From positions 15,004,001-15,068,000 of the forward strand of contig NC_043017.1 in assembly GCF_006345805.1 (NCBI RefSeq): DNA of 64,000 bases, given 5' to 3'. The notes under the pieces are model-generated. The model was not told the DNA's origin. It saw only the letters and a list, made by a program, of their open reading frames with translations, and did not search any database. The translations under genes and the position numbers were made by a program. Origin of the DNA: Octopus sinensis. Taxonomy: Eukaryota. This document shows, piece by piece, positions 12,383 to 24,607 of the stretch (the stretch's first letter is position 1; each line of letters starts with the position of its first letter).

Positions 12383-12439
12383 TGCCGCTATTCACTGCGC
12401 CAGAGACTCTGCACAAATAGTGACTGCATCTTCACGCAT
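12383..12439 (+). pseudogene. LINE ORF1 remnant: C-x8-C-x4-C-x3-H (CCCH) zinc finger
   Basis: Manual translation from TGC at 12383 gives CRYSLRQRLCTNSDCIFTH; not in the ORF track. Confidence 0.65.
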
Positions 12440-12999
12440 CTACCCGGCACTAGACGCACTACCGGCCAAGGCCCAAAGCACGCATCCCACAATAACATCA
12501 ACACCACCAAATAGTAAATCGAAATTCAAAAACACACACAACTCGGAGTCCCAAAATCTCCCGGTATTCCCAACGTGAGAGAAACATGTCTACTGAGTGA
12601 CTGTCCCTTCATCATCTTCCAGGGACCCGAAACGCACAAACAGAACGAGGCCTCAAGCCAACACACAACCTGAATAACAATAAATATAAACACACCATGC
12701 TGCAGTAATGCTGGTCCAGTCTTTTCAGGAAGACACAAAACAACAACAACAAAAGTGGAAACTACAACCCTATCCAACAGTGCAACCACACCTCCAGCCA
12801 AAGCTGCTCCCTAAGCAGGAAAATTCTTTTTTAGCCATGTTGAACATGGCAAAAGAGATACACAAAAACATTCTAGCCATCACTCAACACCATCCTATGC
12901 TATTACCCCAGTGCACCAATTCCCCACATTGCTGCCACTAACACACCACAAAAAATCCAAGCCCCCTGCAACAGTCAAAACCAGCCATACTACACTAAC

Positions 13000-13700
13000 C
13001 TCCACATTCTACTCAATGCACAAGGTGTCAGCCCTTCCATCAATGCACAAAATGGAAGTCCAATTCATTGAAGACTGGGTTGGTTACCATTCACACCACA
13101 TCCCTTTCTTCATTCTCACTGAGACCCCCTTGACAACTCCCACTTGGAAGCCGAAGTGAGAGTGAAGAATTTCACAATTCCACAACCATCCGCGCGGATC
13201 GTATCGGCAGGAGGAAGGGTGGAACTGCCATTTTCCTGCATGATTCATTTACGGCAGATGGAAATAGTATATTTCCAACGGCTACTGTGAATCAGTCACC
13301 GTGCACAACAAAGCCAATGACCTGACAGTAATTGGGCTCTATAGGCCGCCCCAAACACCCATACTGTTGCTTTAAGAATGCCTCAACAGCATTAAGTGCT
13401 TTATTCAACAGTGCCATTCTAGCAACATACTCATGATGGGAGACTTCAATCTACCCTGTGTTGACTGGACTACAAACTGTTTGAAACCAAGCACTCCCGC
13501 CTCAACCGCTGACAAAGAAGCAGCAGAGTCACTTTTCGACTTTACGAATGAGTTTTTCTTGTCCCAACTTGTCCTTGCACCAACAAGACATCAGAACATT
13601 TTGGACCTAGTGTTTAGTAACCACACTACCACTATACATAACGTTACAGTGGAAAAACCCTTCTTTCAGACCATGACATGTTTCTCTGTAACATGAAATT
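13000..13700 (+). pseudogene. APE endonuclease domain of LINE ORF2 (frameshifted)
   Basis: ILTET, RADR...GGTAIF, GLYRPP, MGDFNLPCVDW, PTRHQNILDLVFSN. Confidence 0.85.
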
Positions 13701-14154
13701 CCACCAGCCGAAAGCTAATCCTAGTGACCTTCCTCCAGCCCACCCATTTGACAACATGGATCTCCATAAAGCCAACTGGGATGCAATCAGGAACGAGCTA
13801 TCAAATGTTGACTGGTCCTTTACACATACACACATCTCCACCAACCATAAAACATCTTGGCAGATCTTTGTAGACACCGTCACAGACATTGTGCAAAACA
13901 CTCCCCACCAAGACCTGTGAACAAAAAGTGCAGAATCCCCCAAAACAGAAAAACCATTATCAGAAAAAAAAAAAAAAAAACAAACAAAAAAATTAACAAA
14001 CTAAAGTACTGCCAACAGCAACACACACATTCGACGGCTATCGCACTGCTTGAATCCAAAAAATATAACCTCCAACAATGCATGAAGACCCTCATCAATG
14101 ACCAAGATCAGCTGAGGAGAAGTGGGCCATTGAAAAAATCGAACTCAACCCAAA

Positions 14155-15914
14155 GTGTTCTTTTCATTTGCGAGGAAACGCAGGGTCACTGTCTCCACTG
14201 TAGGCCCTCTAATTGACGAAACTGGCACTCTCCAAGATAATGCCAAATCCATGGCCGAGATACTGCAGAAACAATACTGCTCTGTTTTCAGCAATCCTGA
14301 TATGGCCGATCTGGGCTGTATCAGTGATGTCAACCCCCAACACACTATATCGGACATAACGTTTAGTGCCCCCGATGTCTTAGCGGCGATAAACGAAATA
14401 AAACACAATTCAGCAGTAGGCCCCGATAGGTTCCCTGCTTGTGTCCTGAAGGTGTGTCGACACCAACTTGCATCTCCCCTTGCTAATCTGTGGAGCAACT
14501 CACTGGATGCTGGCTATATTCCAAAAAACCTTCTGTCCCAGTCTGTTGTCCCAGTTTTCAAAAAGGGAAACAAGTCCCTTGCAGTGAATTACCGTCCGAT
14601 CTCACTCACCTCTCATATCATCAAGGTATTTGAGAGGGTGGTGAGATCTCGAATAACCCAATTTCTGGAAAGCAACAGACGCTGATCTCCAACCAACATG
14701 GGTTCCGTAATGGAAGGGACTGCCTAACGCAGCTCCTGCATCACTTTGAGGACATTTTGAGAGCTTTGGGAGAGGGCTCCAACACCGATGTCATCTACCT
14801 TGATTTCAGTAAGGCCTTCGACAGGGTCGATCACAAGATCCTATTGAAAAAACTATCCAACATTGGTGTCTCTGGAAAGTTACTGAAATGGATTAAGTGT
14901 TTCCTGACAGACAGATCTCAACATGTTGTAGTTGAAGGGGTAAAATCAAGCCCAGCCAAAGTCAGTAGTGGCGTTCCGCAAGGCACTGTGCTGGGCCCAC
15001 TTCTTTTCATCATTTACGTTAATGACATTAATGACATCATCAAGCACAGCAACATAAAAATCTTTGCAGATGACTCCAAGCTGCAGAAGGTCATAAATGA
15101 GGCGAGTGACCGGACATGCCTTCAGTCAGATCTACTGGCTGTTATCCAATGGGCAGAAAAAAACAATATGCTGCTGAACGAGGATAAATTTGAGCTAATC
15201 CACTTTGGAAAAGAGGATGCCCTGAAACTCCCATACTCCCTTCCTTCAGGTGAAACTCTCGCGGCGTCCAACAACATCAGAGACTTGGGAGTAATTGTGG
15301 ACAACAACGTAAGCTGGGCCACTCGTATAAACACCAAAGTTGACATGGCCCGCAGAATGTGTTCCTGGATTCTCAGAACTTTCCAGTCGAGAGATATCCA
15401 CAGCATTATCCTTCTCTTCTCCACTTTTGCCCGACCCCACCTTGAATACTGTTGTCCACTGTGGTCTCCCCACACAATACAAGGTATCATAAAAGTTGAA
15501 GCACCACAAAGGGCAATCACAAAAAAGATAGATGGCATGACAGGCCTCGACTATTGGGGTCAAGGAGAAAAGCTAAAACTCTATTCTCTCCAACGTCGTC
15601 GTGAGCGCTACATCATCTGCATGATGCGGAAAATATTCCATCAGCATTGCCCAAATGATGTTGGCATCACCTTTAAGGTACATCCAAGGCTTGGGCCCCG
15701 TGCCATCCGCCCAAAACAAAAATCGCACTCTCATCTCATAACAACAATACGGCACAATTATTTCACCTCAATTGGCCCGCTCTCTTTAACATTACACCCA
15801 AAACACATTAAAACAGAAACTGACCCTATAGGGTTCAAGAAGTCTTTGGACAGATTCCTTCAAGAAATCCCGGATAAACCCCCTACACCCCGGATATGTC
15901 TCTGTAAACAATAA
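14155..15914 (+). pseudogene. reverse transcriptase domain of LINE ORF2 (frameshift at ~14680)
   Basis: AVGPDRFP, NYRPISLTS, YLDFSKAFDRVDH, SGVPQGTVLGPLLF, FADD, RDLGV, LEYCCPLWSP. Confidence 0.92.
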
Positions 15915-16041
15915 CTCTCTACTTGAGTGGGCCATAGTGCCCAAATTCTGACTTGAAAGACTTCACCAGGTGGTGCTATTAAGTTAGACATGGCCTGGGC
16001 CAATAATGGCCGAAACCTATCAAAGTATCAAAGTATCAAAG

Positions 16042-16869
16042 TATATATATATAAATATATATATATATATAATATATATATATATAAATATATAAATATA
16101 TATATAAATATATATAAAATATATATAAATATATATATATATATATATTAATACATAATATTATTATATATATTATTATATATATATATATTATATATAT
16201 ATATATATATTATATATATTATACATATATATTATTATATATATTAACATATATATATTTATATATATTATATACTATATATATATTATATATATTATAC
16301 CTTATATAATATTATATATATATTATACATATATTATATTATATATATTATACATATATATATATTATATATATTATACATATATATATTTATATATATT
16401 ATACATATATATATATTATATATATATTTACATATATATATATTATATATATTATACATATATATATATTATATATATTATACATATATATATATTATAT
16501 AATATTATACATATATATATATTATAATATTATACATATATATATATTATATATATTATACATATAATATATTATATATATTATACATATATATATATTA
16601 TATATATTATACATATATATATTATTATATATATTATACATATATATATATTATATATATTATACATATATATATTTATATATATATTTATCATATATAT
16701 ATTATATATATATATTATACAGTATATATTATATATATATATATATTATATATATTATATTATATTATATATATATATTATCTATATATTATATATTATA
16801 ATGTATAATATATATATATATAGATATATATTATATATATATATATAGTATATATATATATTATATATG

Positions 16870-16918
<49 letters not shown>

Positions 16919-16927
16919 ATAATTTTA

Positions 16928-16983
<56 letters not shown>

Positions 16984-17201
16984 ATATATATATTATATAT
17001 ATATATATATTATATTATATATATATACATTATATATATATATATATTATAATATTATATAATTATATATATATATATAGATTTATATATATTATATATA
17101 TAATATATATATATATAGATATTTATATATATATATATATATATATATTAATATATAAACTTATATATATATATATTATATATATATATATTATATATTA
17201 C

Positions 17202-17238
<37 letters not shown>

Positions 17239-17323
17239 TATATATATATATATATTATATATATATAATAATACATTATATATATATATATATATATATA
17301 TTAATATATATATATAATATATA

Positions 17324-17378
<55 letters not shown>

Positions 17379-17390
17379 ATACTATACATA
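16042..17390. repeat. ~1.35-kb (TA)n tract with a ~22-24-bp ATATTATATATATTATACAT-type sub-unit
   Basis: Direct reading. Confidence 0.95.
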
Positions 17391-17750
17391 AATAATGAGG
17401 GAGATAAATTAATATTAATTTTAATATCAATTTAAACCAGTAGTCCAGCATACAAAAAATCTGAGAAGTCAGAGAAAATTCTAATATATCTGTATATTGG
17501 CAGGGCTTACTGCTAGGGAGTCAGCCGTATGCTAGAAATAGACCATCAACGATCAAACTACAAGGAAATTCTCTAGAGGAAAAATACATCGAACACCAGA
17601 ACCAAATTTGGCGGGCAGGACAAATGAAAATTTATATAAAAAACAGAATTAAATGCATACCTCGGTTTCGGCCTTTAACAAAAGAATTACTTACGTAATT
17701 CAAATGTCCGTGCTTCTTCAGTGCATTCGTTCATTGTAATGTAAACTGAA
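17391..17750 (-). mobile_element. solo HHR-bearing repeat unit, distantly related to the 5.1-kb array
   Basis: AATAATGAGGG...AATATCAATTTAAACCAGTAGTC (17391-17445) resembles the array's AATAATGAAGGG...TATCAATTACACCAGTAGTC. Confidence 0.6.
17652..17727 (-). ncRNA. type I hammerhead ribozyme (GUA site)
   Basis: Minus strand AAUGCA-CUGAAGA-A-G...GAAUUAC/GUAAUUC hairpin...C-GAAA-C-CGAG-G-UA/UGCAUU; stem I is 6 bp. Confidence 0.72.
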
Positions 17751-17774
17751 AAACTAACCCCAGCTTTCGTGCCA

Positions 17775-17862
17775 GTTACAGAAGACACTTGCCCAAGGTG
17801 CCACAAAGAAGGACTGAAGCCGAAACCATGTGGTTGGGAAACAAGCTTCTTAGCACACAATC
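17775..17862 (-). mobile_element. SINE 5' (tRNA-like head) fragment, same family as 50735
   Basis: GAAGACACTTGCCCAAGGTGCCAC...AAGCTTCTTAGCACACA. Confidence 0.7.
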
Positions 17863-17864
17863 AC

Positions 17865-17937
<73 letters not shown>

Positions 17938-18068
17938 AAACTAAAGGAAGACGAAAACAAAACCAAGTCAGGACAAGCTTATCAGATCATTTAATATATT
18001 TTACTTAATGTAAAGGTGAATCGAAGTAAAGTAAATAATGCCATCAGAGTTCTAAACTCTCCGTATTA

Positions 18069-18132
<64 letters not shown>

Positions 18133-18136
<4 letters not shown>

Positions 18137-18708
18137 TAGTTATCGCCATACATATATGGTAATCTTATAAATATAAGACTAAAGCTGTCGATGATTAGCT
18201 CCAAGAGGCCACCGCCTCAAGCTAGCTATTTGACACACAATCTGCGTCCATTATAAACTTTCGAACAGGGGAGGTCAGCCGCTTCATCCTGCTAGTCAGA
18301 CAGCTGCAGACGCGTTTCAGGGTAGTTGCCCTTTATCAATGCAGCGTAGTCAGACCCAGCAGGTGTCGCTACTGACTGTCCCTGTTCGAAGAATCTATTT
18401 ACCTAGTTTCGGTGGAATACATCCACTTGTTTTCAATAATAGAAATATTAAAATTACTAAGTCTCTCTAAAAGAGATTACGGCCGCGTTACTGGAAATTA
18501 ATAGTTATCGCCATACTAGTATGGCAATCTTATAAATATAAGACTAAAGCTGTCGATGATTAGCTCCAAGAGGCCACCTCCTCAAGCTAGCTATTTGACA
18601 CACAATCTACGTCCATTATAAACTTTCGAAAAGCGATAACTATTAATTCCCAGTAACGCTGCCGTAATCTCCTTTAGAGGGACTTAGTAATTTTAATATT
18701 TCTATTAT
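18133..18708 (-). mobile_element. partial tandem (period 365 bp) plus inverted terminal copy; Penelope pseudo-LTR-like unit with HHR
   Basis: 18133-18265 repeats at 18498-18630; 18634-18708 is the reverse complement of 18436-18510; (TA)n on both sides. Confidence 0.8.
18303..18345 (-). ncRNA. type I hammerhead ribozyme with U3-A8 compensatory core (UUGAUAA)
   Basis: Minus strand GCUGCA-UUGAUAA-AGGG-CAACUA-CCCU-GAAA-CGCG-UC/UGCAGC. Confidence 0.82.
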
Positions 18709-18730
18709 ATATATGCAAATATATATATAT

Positions 18731-18792
<62 letters not shown>

Positions 18793-18916
18793 ATATATAT
18801 GTAAATATATATATTGAAGTGTGGTGGGCTATCGGCCGAGTCAGTTGTGAAGGCAGCACTACTTGCCTTTAAGCAGGCATGATATGCTCTGTTCTCCGAT
18901 ATTATTGACTTCATGA

Positions 18917-19115
18917 AGGCGGTGAGCGGGCAGAATCGTTGGCACGCTGGGCAAAATGCTTCGCAGTATTTTGTCGGTTTTCACGTTCTGAGTTCAAATT
19001 CCGCCGCGGTCGACATTACCTTTCATCTTTTCGGCGTCAATAACTTAAGCACCAGCCGAATTGTAGGGACGATGTAATCGACCATCTCGCTCCCGCAAAT
19101 TTCAGGCCCAGTGAA
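18917..19115 (+). mobile_element. tRNA-derived SINE (family A)
   Basis: AGGCGGTGAGCGGGCAGAATCGTT...GAGTTCAAATTCCGCC (A/B boxes); matches 22201 and 23201. Confidence 0.85.
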
Positions 19116-19174
19116 AGGGTCATTATTGATTTCATTATTATTTTATTTTATTTTATATTTATGATGATAATGCA

Positions 19175-19300
19175 GCGAGCAGGCAGAATCGTTAGCACGT
19201 CAGGATAAATGCTGAGGCATTTTGTCCCTGTTGACGTTCTGAGTTGGATTTCATGTTTCATCCTTCCGATGTCCTTAAAATAAGTAACACCCTGAAACCT
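19175..19300 (+). mobile_element. degenerate SINE family A copy
   Basis: GCAGGCAGAATCGTTAGCACG...GTTCTGAGTT...TTTCATCCTTCCG. Confidence 0.65.
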
Positions 19301-19699
19301 GGCCATCCTCATATTTTAGCAGCAGCTATTAACGTTTCAGTTGCTTTTGTTTGGAATTGTTTTCCGCGTCTTTTCCATAAAAGCTTCTTTGAAGGTCACA
19401 GTTACTCTTTTCTAACTAAAGGCTTTCGTTTGAACAATATTCCCCGTGAAACACAGGCGTACGTGTAAGAAAATTCTGTTTGTAACGAAAGAAATATACA
19501 TTCTCTCAAACTAATGTATTGAGTACTTTTTCTAGTTTTGTATACAAAAACGTTCAACTGGCTATATATATATATATATAATATAATATATATATTATAT
19601 ATATATATATAGTTATATCTAATTATATCGTCTTGATTCACAATGTATCCGTCATGTATGCATTTATATACATGCGCACGTACAAACATACGTTGTATG

Positions 19700-19764
<65 letters not shown>

Positions 19765-20020
19765 CTGGGAGAGAAAGCGAGAGAAAGAGAGAGAGGGGGA
19801 GTTAGATAAATACAAGCATACGGAGAGAGAGAGAGAAAGTGAGGGAGATTACAGTCGTCAACAGCGCAGCTTAGGGCGAACCTGTCAAATTTTGACATAA
19901 ACGCACAAACTCAGGCGCGCGCACGCACGCACAGACACACAAACGCATATATGTCCAAGCGCATATATGTCCAAGCGCATGCAACTACACACACATATAT
20001 ACATGCATACATACATACAT

Positions 20021-20056
<36 letters not shown>

Positions 20057-20131
20057 GTTTATGTTTATGTACACACACACATGTGTGTATATATATATAT
20101 GTATGGAAATAACTGTGCATGCATACACACA

Positions 20132-20169
<38 letters not shown>

Positions 20170-21052
20170 ACACACACACACACACACAGCTAAGCATGTA
20201 TATTTAAATTCTTGTTTCTTCGTGTCTTTTGATTATTAAAGCGAATAATTCTTGCCAGATAGTGGAAGGTTTATAACAGATAATGAGATATAAACTTCTC
20301 CATGACATCAGCTTCAAAAGACCACTCCAAGGAAAAAACAGTTATTATCAACAGATATAGGCGATGTTTTTCCAGAAAGTTTTGTCTGATGTTTCTCGAA
20401 GGAATGAGCTATTACGTGTAACTTCTGGCACAAAACCAAATCAAGACGTTCCGGCTTTCTCAACAAATGACCTACACTACTAAATGAGACGACAATTTTT
20501 TAAATGTGTGCAATGCATATGTGTGTGTGGGGGGGGGGGTGTTAACATATCTTTGTATTTGTTCATATGTGCGGGCATATACATGTGTATAATTATATAG
20601 GAAAATATTTGTGTGAGAATGTCATTGTATGGGAGTATGTGTGTGAAAGTTATTTCTCAAGACGCAGAAAGAAATGGTAGCAGCATCTATTTATATAATC
20701 ACAAAAATGATAAATGTTATGTTTTTATGCATGTCACGAAGCCTTGTATTACTACGTCTAACATGGATACACATACATTTCCACGTATACACACAAACAT
20801 GTACATACAGATATATATACACATGTGTGTGTGTATAAGCATGAGTTTATATAAGTATGAGAACTTTCATATATAGGCAAAGAGAAAGAGTTAAAACTTG
20901 GGCGTCTCAATAAATTGTTGCTGGGATTATTCTTAAGCATATTTGAATGAAGATTATTAAATCGGATTGAGTAAAGGCTGGGAGGAGTAGTTTAATGGAA
21001 AGTTAATGTCAAGAAAGGCAGGGGAGACAACTTTTACAATTACAGCAGCAAC

Positions 21053-21106
<54 letters not shown>

Positions 21107-21693
21107 CGATATTATTGTTTTTGTAGTAAACTGGCAAATACATTGCCCACGTCATTTCATATAACTTGAGAGATATTTAGCTGCTATTTCTAGCAGGGAT
21201 AGTGATTACGCAGTGGCTGCTCGAGCCCAGTCTTAACAAGGCAGACGAAAAATCGAAGCCGTTCCAGCCTTAAACACCTCTAATTTGAATAGGCACACAG
21301 CAATACGTTATCAAATGTGTCCTTTCTCATTTTTTTTAGAGGACAAGAGGGTTTGATTTGAGGGTGATTTAGCTGCTGTTTATAGCAGGTCCAGTGAACA
21401 CGCACAGTCTCTCTCGCTGGTTCGTGCTGGCTTCAAATTAAACAGAAAAAAATGTGGGTTTAACAAATATTTTAATAACTTTCTAATTTTAGAACCAGGA
21501 TAAAAAAAAATACTGACGAGAGAAAGGGTCATATCGATTGACTCCTGGATTTTACTGCTTCCAACATTATTGACACTGAAAGAATGATGGTATAGTTCAC
21601 TTCACTGAATTTGAACTCGGAACGCAATGGGTCGGAAGAAATGCCGCCAAGCATATTGTTCGACGCAGTAAAGTTTCTCACTGCCTTATCATA

Positions 21694-21783
<90 letters not shown>

Positions 21784-21784
21784 G

Positions 21785-21960
21785 CTCAGTATACAATATC
21801 GTGAGATTGTTGATTGAAGAGATTGTGTCTACTGGGGGTTTGCACTGTTTGTCTAGTCACAACAAAAACTGTAGACAGACAGTGCTTTACTCAATATGCG
21901 TGCAGTTACAAATAATGCCGACTTTTGCAGTACATCAAGATTGTAGAGCTTCCAGATATT
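21785..21960 (-). mobile_element. R4/Dong-type LINE 3' end
   Basis: Minus strand translates LQKSALFVTARILSKALSV*, then a UTR and (TAC)n/(TAA)n tail at 21690-21782. Confidence 0.65.
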
Positions 21961-21989
21961 TTTTTTTTTTCACACTGATTTGGTATTCA

Positions 21990-22152
21990 ATGATGAGCTC
22001 TTATTTTCACTGTATTGAAAGTGTTTTATACGTAGGATATGTGCGGTGCTCAGTAGTACTATTTTCTCTATGTTATATATACTTGTCAGTCCTGGTGTTT
22101 TTGTTATGTATTTGTCTGAATATTTTTTTATCATACCTAATGCGCCTCCTAT
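21990..22152 (-). mobile_element. R4/Dong-type LINE C-terminal fragment
   Basis: PIIGGALGMIKKYSDKYITKTPGLTSIYNIEKIVLLSTAHILR; reverse-complement homologue of ~44040-44165. Confidence 0.75.
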
Positions 22153-22200
22153 GATAGGAAACATTTAATTACCTACTACTACTACTACTACTACTACTTA

Positions 22201-22412
22201 AGGTGGTGAGCTGCCAGAATCGTTAGCAGGCCGGACAAAATTCTAAGCGGTATTTTGTCTGTCTTCATGTTCCGAGTTCAAATTCCGCCGAGATCAAATT
22301 TGCCTTTCATTATTTCGAGGTCGATAAATTAAGCACCAGTGAAACACAGGGGTCGATGTAATCGACTACTCTCCTCCGCCAAAATGACTGGCTTTGTGGA
22401 AAAATTTGAGAC
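22201..22412 (+). mobile_element. tRNA-derived SINE (family A)
   Basis: AGGTGGTGAGCTGCCAGAATCGTTAGC...GAGTTCAAATTCCGCC; (ATT)n tail. Confidence 0.85.
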
Positions 22413-22597
22413 TTATTATTATTATAGTAGTAGTAGACGTGGCACGGTATACTATATGGCGATGTTGTTGATTGAAGATATTGTCTACCGGGTGTTTGTA
22501 CTGTTTGTCAAGTCTCAACAAGGACTTCAGATAGTAATTTACACAAGATAGTTATTTATGTACTCTCTTATCATTATTATTATTATTATTATTATTA

Positions 22598-23135
22598 TTG
22601 AGTGAGAGAGCAGCGCGTGCCATCAGAATGACATTCAGGTACAATTATACGAAGCCCTGTATACCCATCATGACTACCCGTCAGACACATGCATCAAAAC
22701 CCTATGTGCGCCACATGGTGATCTCATATCAAGATAAACAGGGCATGCATGACCTTGCAAGTGGGGCCTAGTTAGAATTTTCTTCTAGGTTGAGTAGCCT
22801 GTCCCACTCAAATAAGGTTTGCTTAAGAATGATGAACGAAACACTCACGTTTCCATAAGTCGATTATTAAAACTCCAAAGAATTCATCTCAACACACGGC
22901 TTTGATACTCCTCCACTACTTCTGCTCATGATCAGAGATGCACATATCGTCAGCCACCAAGGGTTATATGCAAGTGGTTATGATCAAACTACTGACAAGA
23001 AAATCTGTGGTATTGAGCAGAATATTTGCTGCTGTCCATCTTTTATACTAAGGCAAAATAATGTACATGATAACACTTCCAATCAGTTAAGATCAGAAAC
23101 CATAAGATCCACTGCCTGGTACTGCACTGCGGCAT
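22598..23135 (+). repeat. ~540-bp interspersed repeat, second copy inverted at 42690-43260
   Basis: GAGTGAGAGAGCAG...ATACCCATCATGACTACC...TGATCAGAGATGCACAT...AATCTGTGGTATTGAGCAGA is shared. Confidence 0.8.
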
Positions 23136-23145
23136 GTTACTACTT

Positions 23146-23200
<55 letters not shown>

Positions 23201-23431
23201 AGGCGGCGAACTGGTAGAAACGTTAGCACATCGGGCGAAATGCTTACCGGTATTTCGTCTGCCGCTACGTTCTGAGTTCAAATTCCGCCGAGGTCGACTT
23301 TACCTTTCATCCTTTCGGGGTCGATTAAATAAGTACCAGTAACGCACTAAAGTCGATGTAATCGACTTAATCCGTTTGTCTGTCCTTGTATGTTCCCTCT
23401 GTATTTAGCCCCTTGTGGGTAGTAAAGAAAT
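23201..23431 (+). mobile_element. well-preserved tRNA-derived SINE (family A) with AGCCCCTTGTGGGTAGTAAAGAAAT tail
   Basis: A box in AGGCGGCGAACTGGTAGAA, B box GAGTTCAAATTCC. Confidence 0.9.
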
Positions 23432-23432
23432 A

Positions 23433-23598
23433 AGTATTTCATCTGTCTTACGTTCTGAGTTCAAATTCCTTCGAGGCCGTCTTTGCCTTTCATCCTTTTA
23501 CGGTTCGATAAAATAAGCACCAACCGATCACTGGGCTCGATATAATCGACTTAACCCCTTTCCCCGAAATTGCTGGCCTTGTGACAAAACATGAATCC
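23433..23598 (+). mobile_element. 5'-truncated SINE family A copy with the alternative tail
   Basis: GTTCTGAGTTCAAATTCC...GCCTTTCATCC...AAATTGCTGGCCTTGTG. Confidence 0.75.
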
Positions 23599-24559
23599 AT
23601 TATTATCACAATTTTCTCAATCCAGTTTCTTCCAACTTGTTTCTCGTAAAATATAATTTGCATCCGAAAAGAAAAAGAAGAAAAAAAATAGTTTTTAAAA
23701 ATCTATTGATTTTTGGTGTGTTTGAAGGGAGTGTTTCTATCCTTTACTCGATTTTAATTGGCTCATTTAAACAGCCACCAAGCGGTGGAGTGTGAAAATA
23801 GTGATAAATGTTTAGCAGCAGAAATAACATATTTGAAACAGATATTCGTCAGGTGAAGATTGGAAAATAAAATTAAATTGTTGTCGATAAAAGCGCCATC
23901 ATTAGCATGACCATCACGCCTCGCCATCCCAACTTCCACCACCAAAAGCCCATCACTATAATACCACTACCATCACTTCTCCTTCACCATTATTACCACA
24001 ACCCGCCACCTTCAACCACAAACACCACTCCCGCCAATTTCACCAACAACACCTTTACCGTCATCAGCAATCAACAGTGATACCTCCACAACTGCGACGA
24101 CCACCACCATCGCCACAACCAACCCCCACAATGATCAAGGTGTTGTTTATCGATCACAATAAATCCATCGTTGGATTCTGGTCAATATTTGCTGAGAAAG
24201 GAAATATTTCTGCAAGTGGCGGAATTCATTGCAGCCATTTGTCAAACATGCCTGGTGTTTATTTTATTTTTTCATTAAGGGAGAAAAATGGGGTCAAAAT
24301 GAGGTGAGGGGTATATGGGGGGTGGAAGAGAAATTGGAGTGAATTGGGGAGGAGGGAGTTGGGAGCAATATGAAACAGAAATGGAAGGATATATGGAAGA
24401 GAAATGAGGGGGTGGGGTGGATATAAAGTGGATACAGGGGGCGGGGGGGGGGGCGACGATATCATTAAAAAATTAATTGGAGGAAACTTTTTGTAGAATA
24501 ATTGATTTTATAATCAGAAATAGACAGATGCTGTTTTGAATATTATCTATAACACGAGA

Positions 24560-24568
24560 CCGTGTGTG

Positions 24569-24607
<39 letters not shown>

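Larger units (their letters stand above)
12225..16041 (+). mobile_element. near full-length decayed CR1/Jockey-group LINE (ORF1 remnant + APE-RT ORF2)
   Basis: CCCH finger, APE motifs, RT motifs, 3' UTR and (ATCAAAGT)3 tail at ~16018-16041. Confidence 0.92.
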
